Positions 1 through 9,099 of a DNA stretch of 64,000 nucleotides are shown here, in pieces. The notes below the pieces were generated by a model, which saw only the letters and a program-made list of their open reading frames with translations, did not search any database and was not told where the DNA came from. The position numbers and the translations under genes are program-made. Positions within the stretch are counted from its first letter, which is position 1, and each line of letters opens with the position of its first letter. The stretch comes from Polyangiaceae bacterium (GTDB lineage Bacteria > Myxococcota_A > Polyangia > Polyangiales > Polyangiaceae): contig JBFXBK010000005.1 in NCBI GenBank assembly GCA_050183255.1, positions 1,203-65,202 of the forward strand, written 5' to 3'.

Positions 1-458
1 TCGATCAGCCAGTTGCCGATCGGGTCGCCCGCGTCATTGTCGGCGTCTTGGTCAGCGCCGACGACGGGGATCATGATGTCGAGCGCGCGACCCGTTCCGT
101 GCACGGACAGCTCGCTCAGGTTGGCGGTGTTCTGGCGGCACGCGTAGCCGCCAATGCTCGCGATCTGAGGGAAGTGATCGTAGAGGTACTGGCGCAAGAT
201 CTCGCCACCGGTGGTGATCCCGCCGGCACAGCTGGCGCCGTTGTTCCAGGGCCCGGCGCCCGTGTAGTCGACGTACTGCGTGTCGCCGATCGCTAGAGTT
301 TCCGCGGGGATTTGCCACGGCCCTGGGTGAGCGAGGCGCCCTGTCTGCGCCGCCACGCTCTCGTCCGGCGCGGCCTCGCCACAGCCCACACCCAACCCGC
401 CAAGGGCCACCAGGCTGAGCAGTAGTGGTCCGCGTACCCAACGAATCCTCCCGAGCAT
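1..458 (-). CDS. Secreted lipoprotein with extensin-like C-terminal / LAS-type (M15-like) peptidase motif; the 3' end lies outside the window
   Basis: Absent from the ORF track because the frame runs off the window start. My reverse-strand translation from the ATG (complement of 456-458) reads MLGRIRWVRGPLLLSLVALGGLGVGCGEAAPDES...IGGYACRQNTANLSELSVHGTGRALDIMIPVVGAD.... It has a signal peptide and lipobox (LGVGC). The pattern GxYxCRxxN...LSxxxHxxGxAxDI resembles extensin-like_C/LAS zinc peptidases. Third codon positions are G/C-rich. Confidence 0.6.
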   Translation of the reverse strand, partial: MLGRIRWVRGPLLLSLVALGGLGVGCGEAAPDESVAAQTGRLAHPGPWQIPAETLAIGDTQYVDYTGAGPWNNGASCAGGITTGGEILRQYLYDHFPQIASIGGYACRQNTANLSELSVHGTGRALDIMIPVVGADQDADNDAGDPIGNWLI

Positions 459-693
459 CGGCGGAGCTTAGCTCGACGCCGGGCGCGTGACCGGACCAAA
501 AAGCGACTCCGCGGTCAGCTTTGCTGGAAACATCCAGGGAAACTGGAGCAATGGAGCGCCGCTCGGGAGCCTTGGGGAGCTGGCCATGCCGGCCACCCCG
601 GAGTCGAGCGCCGCGCGGCTTTGGCGGCGGGCATCAAGCGAGAACGACAACCTGCCCACGACCGTCACGCGACGCGTGCTATACGCGCTCGCC

Positions 694-2187
694 ATGCTCA
701 AGAAGGTCCTGATCGCAAACCGGGGGGAAATCGCAGTTCGAGTCGCACGCACGTTGCGTGAGATGGGGATTCGCTCGGTAGCCGTTTACAGCGACGCCGA
801 CCGGGAGAGCCTCCATGTCCGCGTGTGCGATGAGGCCTATCACATCGGTCCCGCGGCCGCAGCGGAGAGCTATCTCCGTGCGGATAAAATCTTGAGCGTC
901 GCCAAGCAGGCTGGCTGCGACGGCGTACACCCGGGCTACGGCTTCTTGAGCGAGAACGCTGAGTTTGCCGAGGCGTGCGAGGCCTCCGGTGTGACCTTCA
1001 TCGGTCCGCCGCCGAGCGCGATGCGGGACATGGGCTTGAAGACCGCTGCGCGCGACAAGATGTCAGCTGCTGGCGTCCCGATCGTACCCGGCGGAAACGC
1101 GGATACGGTCGAAGAGGGCTTGGCCACCGCGGAGCGAATCGGCTACCCGGTGATGCTGAAGGCGACCGCTGGCGGCGGCGGCAAGGGCATGCGCCTAGTG
1201 CACAAGCCGGAGGAGCTCGGGCCGGCTCTCGAGCGCGCACGCAGCGAGGCCAAGAAGGCTTTCGGCGACGAGACCGTCTACATCGAGAAGGCGATCATTC
1301 AGCCGCGTCACGTCGAGATTCAGGTGCTCGGAGACAAGCACGGCAACATGGTGCACCTCTTCGAGCGCGATTGCTCCGTGCAACGTCGTCACCAGAAGGT
1401 CGTCGAAGAAGCGCCCTGCCCCGCGATCGACGAAGAGATCGTCCACAAGATGGGCGAGGTCGCCGTCAAGGGCGCCAAGGCCGTCGGATACTTTTCCGCA
1501 GGGACATTTGAGTTCCTGCTGGGGCAGGACAAGAGCTTCTACTTCTTGGAGATGAACACTCGCCTTCAGGTGGAGCACCCCGTCACTGAGCTGATCACGG
1601 GCGTCGATCTGGTGCGGGAGATGGTGCGCGTCGCCGCGGGGCTGCCTCTCGAGTTCGAGCAGAAGGATCTCGAGCGCCGCGGAGCAGCGATCGAGTGCCG
1701 CATTTACGCGGAGGATCCCGCAACGGGCTTCCTGCCTTCGCCAGGCAAGATCACGCGTCTCCTGACGCCTTCCGGCCCCGGTGTGCGCGATGACTCTGGC
1801 GCCTATGAAGGCTGCACCATCAGCGCCAACTATGACCCGCTGATCTCGAAGCTCAGCGTTTGGGCTCCCACGCGCGCCCAGGCGGTGGAGCGCATGCGGC
1901 GCGCGATCGGCGAATACCTCGTCAGTGGTATTCGCACGAACCTCCCGTTCCACGAGCGGTTGTTCGAGCACCCAGAGTTCATCGCCGGGCACTACGACAC
2001 TGGCTTCATCGATCGCTTCCGTGACGTGCTGCTCGGCGGAACGACGCTGAACGCCGAGGAGCGGGCCGCGCTCGCTCGCGCCATCGCTGTGGCGGCCTAC
2101 GAGCGCACCAACGGCTGCGCCGCCGTGACCCAGAACGGGTCCGGCATGAGCCCCTGGGTGGCCGCTCACCGCGCAGAACTTCGCTAG
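694..2187 (+). CDS. accC: Biotin carboxylase (ATP-grasp subunit of an acyl-CoA carboxylase)
   Basis: MLKKVLIANRGEIAVRV N-terminus, glycine-rich loop ATAGGGGKGMRLV and signature EMNTRLQVEHPVTE. I prefer the ATG at 694 over the track start at 487, because the upstream 69 aa look non-coding. No BCCP AMKM motif. It has a C-terminal extension of about 45 aa. Confidence 0.9.
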   Translation: MLKKVLIANRGEIAVRVARTLREMGIRSVAVYSDADRESLHVRVCDEAYHIGPAAAAESYLRADKILSVAKQAGCDGVHPGYGFLSENAEFAEACEASGVTFIGPPPSAMRDMGLKTAARDKMSAAGVPIVPGGNADTVEEGLATAERIGYPVMLKATAGGGGKGMRLVHKPEELGPALERARSEAKKAFGDETVYIEKAIIQPRHVEIQVLGDKHGNMVHLFERDCSVQRRHQKVVEEAPCPAIDEEIVHKMGEVAVKGAKAVGYFSAGTFEFLLGQDKSFYFLEMNTRLQVEHPVTELITGVDLVREMVRVAAGLPLEFEQKDLERRGAAIECRIYAEDPATGFLPSPGKITRLLTPSGPGVRDDSGAYEGCTISANYDPLISKLSVWAPTRAQAVERMRRAIGEYLVSGIRTNLPFHERLFEHPEFIAGHYDTGFIDRFRDVLLGGTTLNAEERAALARAIAVAAYERTNGCAAVTQNGSGMSPWVAAHRAELR

Positions 2188-2295
2188 TTTCCGCATCCGT
2201 AGTCTGATTCCAGTTCGCCCCCGAGCAGGCCTGTTTGGGGGCGTTCCCGTATCGATACGCTTGGTCCTACGCGCGGCGCCGTGTAATTCCAAAGC

Positions 2296-3453
2296 ATGGC
2301 AGCGCTCGACGGTATCCGCGTTCTTGATCTGACTCGCCTCCTCCCGGGTCCCTTCGCCACCGTGGTGCTGGCTGATCTAGGGGCCACGGTAGATAAGGTC
2401 GAGGACGCGGCGGCTGGTGACTACACGCGCGTCACCCCTCCCATGCAGGGCGACACCGGCTTGATGTTTCACACCTTGAACCGCGGCAAGCGCGGGATGG
2501 TGCTCGACCTCAAGAAACCGGAAGGCGTTGCCGCGCTGAAACGCATGGTCATGAGCTATGACGTAGTGTTCGAGCAGTTTCGCCCAGGCGTGCTCGATCG
2601 CTTGGGTGTAGGACACGCGCTGCTGCGCGAGCTGAACCCGAAGCTCATCGTGTGCGCGCTGACAGGCTACGGCCAAACGGGGCCGCTCGCGCAGCGCGCC
2701 GGCCACGACTTGAACTACATGGCGCGTGCTGGCTTGCTCGGCGCCATGGGGCCGCGAGATCAGGCGCCGGCGACGCCATCCTTTCAGCTCGCCGACGTCA
2801 GTGGCGGGATGTGGTGTGTGATCGCGATCCTCGCCGCTCTCCGTGAACGGGAACTAACGGGGGAGGGCAAGCTGATCGACATCGGGATGATCGAGAGTGT
2901 CGTGCCGTTCGCGCTCCCCGTCATGGCCAAGCTCATGGGGGGAGAGAGCGTCGAGCGAGGCAACGAGATGCTAACCGGTGGGCTCGCGATCTATCGCACC
3001 TATCAAACGAAGGACGGCGGGGCCGTCGCGTTTGGCGCGCTCGAGCCCAAGTTCTTCCAGGCGTTCTTTAACGCCGTGGAAATGCCGGTCGACGCGAGCT
3101 ACGTCGTGCCAGGCGCACACCAAGCAGAGCTCCAAACCAAACTGGAGGCGCTGTTCGGGTCGCGAACCCGAGACGAGTGGCTCGCGCTCAACGACGAACA
3201 CGACGTGTGCCTCGAGCCCGTGCTGCGCCCGGATGAGCTGTTCGCGGATGCTCACCTACAAGCGCGTAAGGTATTCTTGGATGTCGAGACCGCAGACGGC
3301 GTGGTCAAGCAGGTGCGCACGCCGGTGACGCCGCTCGAGCTGGAACCACGCCCGGCGCCCAAGCAGGGGGAGCACACCGATCGAATCCTCGCGGATGCTG
3401 GCTTCAGCGCTGATGAGATCGCTGCGCTGCGTTCCCAGCGCGCCGTGCGTTGA
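2296..3453 (+). CDS. Family III CoA-transferase (CaiB/BaiF / alpha-methylacyl-CoA racemase-like)
   Basis: N-terminus MAALDGIRVLDLTRLLPGPFATVVLADLGA, ...GYGQTGPLAQRAGHDLNY... and the overall length are typical of family III CoA-transferases. Confidence 0.8.
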   Translation: MAALDGIRVLDLTRLLPGPFATVVLADLGATVDKVEDAAAGDYTRVTPPMQGDTGLMFHTLNRGKRGMVLDLKKPEGVAALKRMVMSYDVVFEQFRPGVLDRLGVGHALLRELNPKLIVCALTGYGQTGPLAQRAGHDLNYMARAGLLGAMGPRDQAPATPSFQLADVSGGMWCVIAILAALRERELTGEGKLIDIGMIESVVPFALPVMAKLMGGESVERGNEMLTGGLAIYRTYQTKDGGAVAFGALEPKFFQAFFNAVEMPVDASYVVPGAHQAELQTKLEALFGSRTRDEWLALNDEHDVCLEPVLRPDELFADAHLQARKVFLDVETADGVVKQVRTPVTPLELEPRPAPKQGEHTDRILADAGFSADEIAALRSQRAVR

Positions 3454-3479
3454 GCCGCGGCGCACACGTCGAGAACTCG

Positions 3480-4883
3480 CTACACCCGCTTGTACTCTTC
3501 GACGAACTCCCAGTCGGCAATTAGCCGCTTCTTGAGCAGCAGCGAGAGCAGGGCTGCGAACATCGACTCCCAGCGGGCGTTTTCCCCGAGGATCTCCGTG
3601 GCATCCGCACCGTGGGACACGGCTCGCAGCGCCGCGACCAGATCGCGGGCCGTGAGTTGGTCTTCCCCGGACGCCGGGGGCTCCACCTCGGCTTCCGGTT
3701 CGCTGCGAGGCGATTGAGCGGAGCGCGCGGGCAGGTTGATGGTCGTTCCATCAAGCAGCGTCAGCGAGACCATGCGAGGTGTCTTGCCTGCTCTGGGCTG
3801 AGGCATCACCGCGTCTCGCGCCGGCACTCGGGAACTCTCCGGGACCGGGGTTAGGCTCCTGGGTGGTTCGTCGGGTTGTGAGGGCGCTCGGCTGCTCGGG
3901 GTCGGCTCAAGGCCAGTGTATCCAGAGTTCGGGAGCGTCCCGCTGGCATCAGTGGCTTCGGCTACCGCCGGCGGCGCTTCCGTGGGGATATCGTCCTGGC
4001 CAAGCGACGATGGTTCGAGCGGAGGGGCGTCTTCGACCGCTGGGGTCACCACATCTGGAGGATGCGAACTCGGAGGGATATTGACGCTTGGCGCGCTCGC
4101 CAGCGCAGGCGGCGGCTCGGTCTCGCCTTGATCCGGGAGCTCGCCAGCCTCGCTCGCAGCTGGCTGCTTGGTCGCGGGCGCCGCTTCGCTAGCGGCGGGT
4201 GGCTCGCTAGCAGACAGCTTAGTGCTCGGGGCTGCGACCTCCGACGCCGGCGCATCCAGCTCCGCTGGACTGAGCTCGGCGGGTGGGGCTTCGGGGCTCT
4301 CCACATGCACCTCGATGTCGAGCTCAGAGGGGACTTCCTTGCGAGGTGGCTGCGGTGGCTTTGGCGGAGGACGTTTGGGTTCCGCGGTCGTGGGCACCGC
4401 TATCGGATCCGAAGGTTCTGCGCCCCCCGCGCTGGTCGTGCCGTAGTAAACGCGAATCGCGGCGCGGATGTCCGACGGCGGTGCGATCATCGCGCGCACC
4501 GGAAGGCCACTGAACTGTCGCACTTGGTCCAGGGCTGTTTCGTCGGTTGGGTCGTCCATCGCTACGTACAGCGTTTGCCCAAGGCCGCGGACGCGGCGGA
4601 CGAAGATCGGAACCAGGCAGAACCGCTCGACGACCTGGCTCGGAACCAGGTTGAGGAGCTGCCGTGAAAAATCGATATGGTAAAGCGACACCCAAGGGAC
4701 CGAGAGCTGCTGGCTCAAGATCTGGGTGACTTGTGTCTCGGAGACCAGCCCGGACTCCACAAGTAGGGTACCGAGACGCCGACGATCCTCGCGCTGACGC
4801 TCCAGCACCTCGTCGAGCTGCTGGCGTGTGATCATTTGGGCTTCTACGAGCAGATCGCCGAGTCGGACTCTCGGGGCGGCCAT
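3480..4883 (-). CDS. Stand-alone MshEN (T2SS-E N-terminal) domain protein with a long Pro/Ala/Ser/Glu-rich linker; predicted c-di-GMP receptor
   Basis: The N-terminal ~145 aa carry two tandem copies of the RLGxxLVxxGxxxxxxLxxxLxxQ-type motif (RLGDLLVEAQMITRQQLDEVLERQ, then REDRR, then RLGTLLVESGLVSETQVTQILSQQ). About 250 aa of low-complexity P/A/S/E sequence follows, then a ~90-aa C-terminal globular region. No ATPase domain. Confidence 0.75.
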   Translation of the reverse strand: MAAPRVRLGDLLVEAQMITRQQLDEVLERQREDRRRLGTLLVESGLVSETQVTQILSQQLSVPWVSLYHIDFSRQLLNLVPSQVVERFCLVPIFVRRVRGLGQTLYVAMDDPTDETALDQVRQFSGLPVRAMIAPPSDIRAAIRVYYGTTSAGGAEPSDPIAVPTTAEPKRPPPKPPQPPRKEVPSELDIEVHVESPEAPPAELSPAELDAPASEVAAPSTKLSASEPPAASEAAPATKQPAASEAGELPDQGETEPPPALASAPSVNIPPSSHPPDVVTPAVEDAPPLEPSSLGQDDIPTEAPPAVAEATDASGTLPNSGYTGLEPTPSSRAPSQPDEPPRSLTPVPESSRVPARDAVMPQPRAGKTPRMVSLTLLDGTTINLPARSAQSPRSEPEAEVEPPASGEDQLTARDLVAALRAVSHGADATEILGENARWESMFAALLSLLLKKRLIADWEFVEEYKRV

Positions 4884-5302
4884 TGCTCTCAGGACCCTAC
4901 CCTGAAAGCCAGAACTTCCCGAGGAGAATCGCCGGGTGACGTCGTTCCAGGGTGGCTGACGAACGCTCGCATCTGAGCCACTTCAATAGGTGCTGGGCCC
5001 GAGCCGGACCTGGACGCGCCCGCAGGTTTGTCCTGGACGCTTCCGCCGAGAACCTGCCGTTCTCGATTCTGAACACCCCGAAGCATCGGATTGGAGCCTT
5101 TCCCGACAATCAGACGACGCTCCCCCCACTGACCTCCGGTGCTGTACTTCGCACCTCCCCCCCAAATTGGGAGTTTGATCCACGGGAGCCTCATGCATAA
5201 GGGCTGCTTTCACGACCGCGGTCCAGCACTCGCCTTGCTGGAAGAAAAAGTGCATCGGGTCAGGCTAGCGATGTTTCCCCTTCACCCCAAACCCGCACGG
5301 GG

Positions 5303-7975
5303 ATGGTAAGTTACTCAGCGATGCGACCGTGCCCCCAGTGCGGAACGCAGTGCGCCGAGGAGCACAAATACTGTCCGGCATGCGGTTTCCCCGTCGGCAG
5401 TGTTCGCACCACAGCCACTGACGACAAGTTGATCGGACAGGAGCTACCTGGGGGCTACCTGATCCTCGACTTGCTCAGCGTCGGCGGCATGGGTCGGGTG
5501 TACCGCGCAGAGCAACGCGTGCTGGGGCGAACTGTCGCGGTGAAGATTATCCATCCTCACCTACTGAGTGACGAGAATTCTGCCCTGCGCTTCATGACCG
5601 AAGCGCGCGCCGCGTCGCAGCTCAATCATCCCAACTCCATCAGTGTCATCGATTTCGGGCGCACAGACGACGGTCAGCCATATCTGGTGATGGAGTTTCT
5701 GCGCGGAAAAGATCTCGCGCGGGTTGCATACGAGGACGGTCCGCTGTCATTCGTGCGCATCGTGGACATCCTGCGCCAGGTGTTGTTTGCGCTGTCGGAC
5801 GCCCACGAGATGGGCATCGTCCACCGCGATCTCAAGCCAGAGAACATTCTGTGCGAGCCGCTCCGGCGCGGCGGCGACCACGTCAAGGTCGTGGACTTTG
5901 GCTTAGCCAAGCTGAAGCAAGACGCGACGATGCCCAACGTCACCAGCCCGGGCATCGTGTGTGGAACCCCAGACTACATGGCGCCCGAGCAGGGGCGTGG
6001 AGATCCCATCGACGGCCGCACCGACTTGTACGCCGTCGGTGTGATCCTGTTCCAGCTGCTCACGGGTCGCCTGCCGTTCGAAGCAGAGAGCCCGACCCAA
6101 GTGGTCATGATGCATCTGTCGATTCCGGTGCCGGACCCCACCCAGGTTGCTCCCGAGCGGAACATCCCGGAGCCCCTCGTGGCGGTAGTCAGCAAGGCGC
6201 TCGAGAAGGACGCAGAGCACCGCTTCCAGGATGCCCTCGAGTTCGCCGACGCGCTGAAGGAGGCGATCGACCAAGTCGAGGCCGAGGAGAAGGAGCGCTC
6301 CAGCGGCGTCCCGCCAGTTCCGGTCACCGGGAGCGTGCAGTGCCCCGCGTGCGAGTCTGTCGTGCCGCTGCAGAAGTTCTGCGGTGAGTGCGGTGCGAGG
6401 TTGCCCCTCAACAGCGTCGTACCCGAGGCTCCCTCGGTACCCTCACTGCCGTTGCCCATGGTCGGCCGCGATGAGGACCTCGCGTGGCTCGCCGATCGCC
6501 GCGACCAGCTGAGCGAGGAAGTCTCCGGAGCGCGGCTCGTTGGTGAGTCTGGCGCTGGCAAGACACGCCTGCTCAAAGAGTTCCTTGCCCGCGCGGAGAG
6601 CGCAGGTGATCTGGTCGTCTACGCGACCCCGGATCCCCACGGAGCCGAAGTCGCCTACTACGCACTGCGGGAGACGCTCGGGGTGCTGCTCAAGCGCCGC
6701 AAGAATGGCGCGTCGATGCCCGACGTCACTGATGCTCCGGCTGAAGTGGCTGCCGCAATTCGTGAAGTCTTCGAAGGACCGCGCGACGACGATCGGCGCA
6801 GTGTGCTGGAGCGCCGCTTTGCGCTGGCGGAGGCCCTGCGTTGGGCGCTCGGGCAGGCGCGGCAGCAGACGAACGGTGCTGTGATCGTGGCGCTCGACGA
6901 CTTGCATCGCATGGATGGCGCCAGTCGCAGCGCCTTCGCTGACGCCCTGGGCGAACCGCCGGCCGTGCGCACCTTGATCCTCGCGGCTCACGTACCCGGG
7001 TTCGAGACAGGGTGGGGGGCCGCGCATGCCGCTCGGGTGATCAGCGGGTTGCCCACTCCCGCAGTGTCCAGGCTGCTGAAGGCGAGCCGTCCAGGTGAGC
7101 GGCTGCGCGCGATTGGTGACGCGGGAGCGCGTGGGGTGCTGCCGATGTACGTCGAGCAAGTGATCCGCTTCACGCTCGAAGGCGGAAAGGAACCGCCGAC
7201 GCGACTCGCGGATCTCGTGGCGGACCGCGTTGCGGCGCTCGAACCCGATGCGCGCCGGGTGCTCCAAGCCATCGCAGTGCTTGGCGACGACGTGGAGCCC
7301 ATCGCCTTCGGGACCATGGTGCCGAACGTCACGGACGTTCTTGGGGCGCTGAACCAGCTCGTACAAGCTGGCATGGTCGTTCGCCACGCGGGGACGCTCT
7401 CATCGTCCCATCCGTTGATTCGTGACGTGGTGCTGGCGGCGGTACCTGCCGGTGTACGTCGCGACTTGCACTTCCGTGCGGTAAAGGTCTGCGAGGAGTC
7501 GGGCGCACCGATCGAGGCTCATGCGCTTCATGCGTTCTACTCTCAGGATTCTTTCCAGGCGCTGCTCCTGCTGGAACAAGTCGCGGATCGCGCCTCGGCG
7601 CGGGGTGACACCCAAGCCGCCGTGCTGGCACTCCGCCGCGGCCTGGAGCTGGCGCGACAGGAAATCGCGCGAGGCGAGCTGGACGACCCCCTGCGCGCCG
7701 TCTTGATCTTCAGTCGCAAGCTTGGCGATGCGCTAACCCGCGCGGGCAACTTCAGTGACGCCGAGGGCGTCCTGCGCGAGGCGCTGGACCTGGCGGGGCC
7801 GAGCGGCACCGACCGCGCTCGTGTGCTCAGCGCGCTGGCGCACGTGGCCCATGGTCGGAAGCGCTCCGATGAGGCCTTCGAGTACATCAACGAGGCGATC
7901 GAGGTCGCGCGCAAGTCCGGGGCACACGAGCTCTTGCTCTCCCTGGAAACCATGCGTCGCGACTGGGCGTCCTGA
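5303..7975 (+). CDS. Ser/Thr protein kinase fused to zinc ribbons, a STAND/AAA NTPase and TPR-like repeats
   Basis: N-terminal CPQCG...CPACG zinc ribbon. Kinase motifs are VAVKII, HRDLKPENIL, DFGLAK and GTPDYMAPEQ. A second ribbon reads CPACESVVPLQKFCGECG. Walker A is GESGAGKTRLL and Walker B is VALDDLH. The C-terminus is helical and repeat-like. An alternative ATG lies at 5321. Confidence 0.9.
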   Translation: MVSYSAMRPCPQCGTQCAEEHKYCPACGFPVGSVRTTATDDKLIGQELPGGYLILDLLSVGGMGRVYRAEQRVLGRTVAVKIIHPHLLSDENSALRFMTEARAASQLNHPNSISVIDFGRTDDGQPYLVMEFLRGKDLARVAYEDGPLSFVRIVDILRQVLFALSDAHEMGIVHRDLKPENILCEPLRRGGDHVKVVDFGLAKLKQDATMPNVTSPGIVCGTPDYMAPEQGRGDPIDGRTDLYAVGVILFQLLTGRLPFEAESPTQVVMMHLSIPVPDPTQVAPERNIPEPLVAVVSKALEKDAEHRFQDALEFADALKEAIDQVEAEEKERSSGVPPVPVTGSVQCPACESVVPLQKFCGECGARLPLNSVVPEAPSVPSLPLPMVGRDEDLAWLADRRDQLSEEVSGARLVGESGAGKTRLLKEFLARAESAGDLVVYATPDPHGAEVAYYALRETLGVLLKRRKNGASMPDVTDAPAEVAAAIREVFEGPRDDDRRSVLERRFALAEALRWALGQARQQTNGAVIVALDDLHRMDGASRSAFADALGEPPAVRTLILAAHVPGFETGWGAAHAARVISGLPTPAVSRLLKASRPGERLRAIGDAGARGVLPMYVEQVIRFTLEGGKEPPTRLADLVADRVAALEPDARRVLQAIAVLGDDVEPIAFGTMVPNVTDVLGALNQLVQAGMVVRHAGTLSSSHPLIRDVVLAAVPAGVRRDLHFRAVKVCEESGAPIEAHALHAFYSQDSFQALLLLEQVADRASARGDTQAAVLALRRGLELARQEIARGELDDPLRAVLIFSRKLGDALTRAGNFSDAEGVLREALDLAGPSGTDRARVLSALAHVAHGRKRSDEAFEYINEAIEVARKSGAHELLLSLETMRRDWAS

Positions 7976-8037
7976 CCCAGCTCGAGAATGGGCACAAACC
8001 CTTTGTGACCCAGAGCGCGTGTCGCTAAACCGCGAGG

Positions 8038-9099
8038 ATGGCAGAGCAGCACCTGCCCCGCTTCGTCGCGCGCTGGGATTTGGACAAAACGTACCTGCGC
8101 ACTGAGTTCGACACTCCGCGCGACTTGATCAAGACCGCGTTGGAGCGGCCCGATCAAAAGCGCTCCGTTCCGGGCGCCGCCTCGGTCCTGCGCGAGTTGG
8201 GGCGCTCGGGAGCTTACATCCACATCCTGAGCGGGAGCCCGCGCCAGATGCGTAGCCGGCTGGAAGAGAAGCTACGCATCGATCGCGTCCGCTGGGATGA
8301 CCTCACGCTCAAGCCGAATTTCTCCAACGCGCTGCGCTTGCGTTTCCGCGCGATAAGAGACCAGCTGGGATACAAGCTGCCAGTCTTGCTGAAGAGCAAG
8401 GTCACGGAGCGCCGCGGGGAGGGCGCCGAGAACACAAGTACCCCGCTGAGCGGTCGTGAAGTGCTCGTTGGTGATGACGCGGAAGCGGATGCCTTCGTCT
8501 ACTCGCTGTTCGGCGATCTGTGCGACGGTCAGGTGGATAGCGTGCTGCTCAAGCGTATTTTGGCTGCGGGACGCGTCTACTCCGACGTCCAGACGGACTG
8601 CCTCCAGGCGCTCGGCGCGATCCGCCGCAGTCCGATGCAGCGGCGCATCCTGATCCACTTGGAGCGCCAGACGCCGCCCAGTCGCTTCAACGCCTACGGC
8701 GCTCGAGTGGTGCCGTTCTACAACTACCTCCAAGCGGCGTTCGTGCTGGGGGAGGACGGCCTGCTTGGAGCTGACGCCGTGCTGCGAGTGGCTTCGGAGT
8801 TTGCCTTGCGGCAGCGCTTCGACGCGCACTCGCTGGCGCGCAGCTACCACGACCTGATGCGTCGCGGACATGTCGCTGGCGACTTGGTTCCTCAGCTCGA
8901 GCGGAGCCTCGGCGGGTTGATCGCGAGCGGCCCGGTGCCGGCGAAAGAGAGCCTGAGCCAAATGGTCGAGACGATGCGTGGCTACGTGGAGCGTCCCCCG
9001 GAGCGGATCGAACGCCCGAGTGACGCGCGCGAGCTGGACTACGTGGAGCTCGCGCGCAGACATCGCCGTCGCCACCGCTCACCATTCTTCGAGCGCTGA
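8038..9099 (+). CDS. HAD-type hydrolase, App1-like (DUF2183 / phosphatidate phosphatase-like)
   Basis: DxDxT motif WDLDKTYL, then PGAASVLREL...IHILSGSPRQM, ...LKPN... and LVGDDAEADAFVY. This follows the App1/DUF2183 motif order. The assignment is from memory of the family pattern. Confidence 0.5.
   Translation: MAEQHLPRFVARWDLDKTYLRTEFDTPRDLIKTALERPDQKRSVPGAASVLRELGRSGAYIHILSGSPRQMRSRLEEKLRIDRVRWDDLTLKPNFSNALRLRFRAIRDQLGYKLPVLLKSKVTERRGEGAENTSTPLSGREVLVGDDAEADAFVYSLFGDLCDGQVDSVLLKRILAAGRVYSDVQTDCLQALGAIRRSPMQRRILIHLERQTPPSRFNAYGARVVPFYNYLQAAFVLGEDGLLGADAVLRVASEFALRQRFDAHSLARSYHDLMRRGHVAGDLVPQLERSLGGLIASGPVPAKESLSQMVETMRGYVERPPERIERPSDARELDYVELARRHRRRHRSPFFER

Noticed and set aside
48-441. 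Track ORFs 48..296 (+) and 52..441 (-) at the window start
   Set aside because: Both are Arg/Ala/Gly-rich with no motifs. A third minus-strand frame, open to the window edge, encodes a clean signal peptide, a lipobox and a LAS-type motif, and explains the region better.
487-693. N-terminal extensions in track ORFs (487-693 accC; 23970-24224 SDR; 29901-30101 pirin; 42409-42549 TetR; 44323-44451 sucA; 47476-47571 sucB; 33158-33316 ClpP; 61681-61770 Fam20-like)
   Set aside because: In each case the conserved N-terminus of the family, or a signal peptide, begins at an internal ATG or GTG. That start often has an RBS-like AGGAG/GGAGG upstream. The extension is compositionally non-coding or overlaps a neighbouring gene.
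1195-2292. 365-aa ORF antisense to accC
   Set aside because: It is a shadow frame opposite a gene with unambiguous biotin carboxylase motifs. Its Arg/Leu/His-rich composition is typical of antisense frames in high-GC DNA.
5239-5254. Sigma-54-like element TGGAAGAAAAAGTGCA upstream of the kinase gene
   Set aside because: The GG/GC spacing is correct, but the -24 flank is poor and the -12 element is GTGCA. This is too weak to call as a feature.
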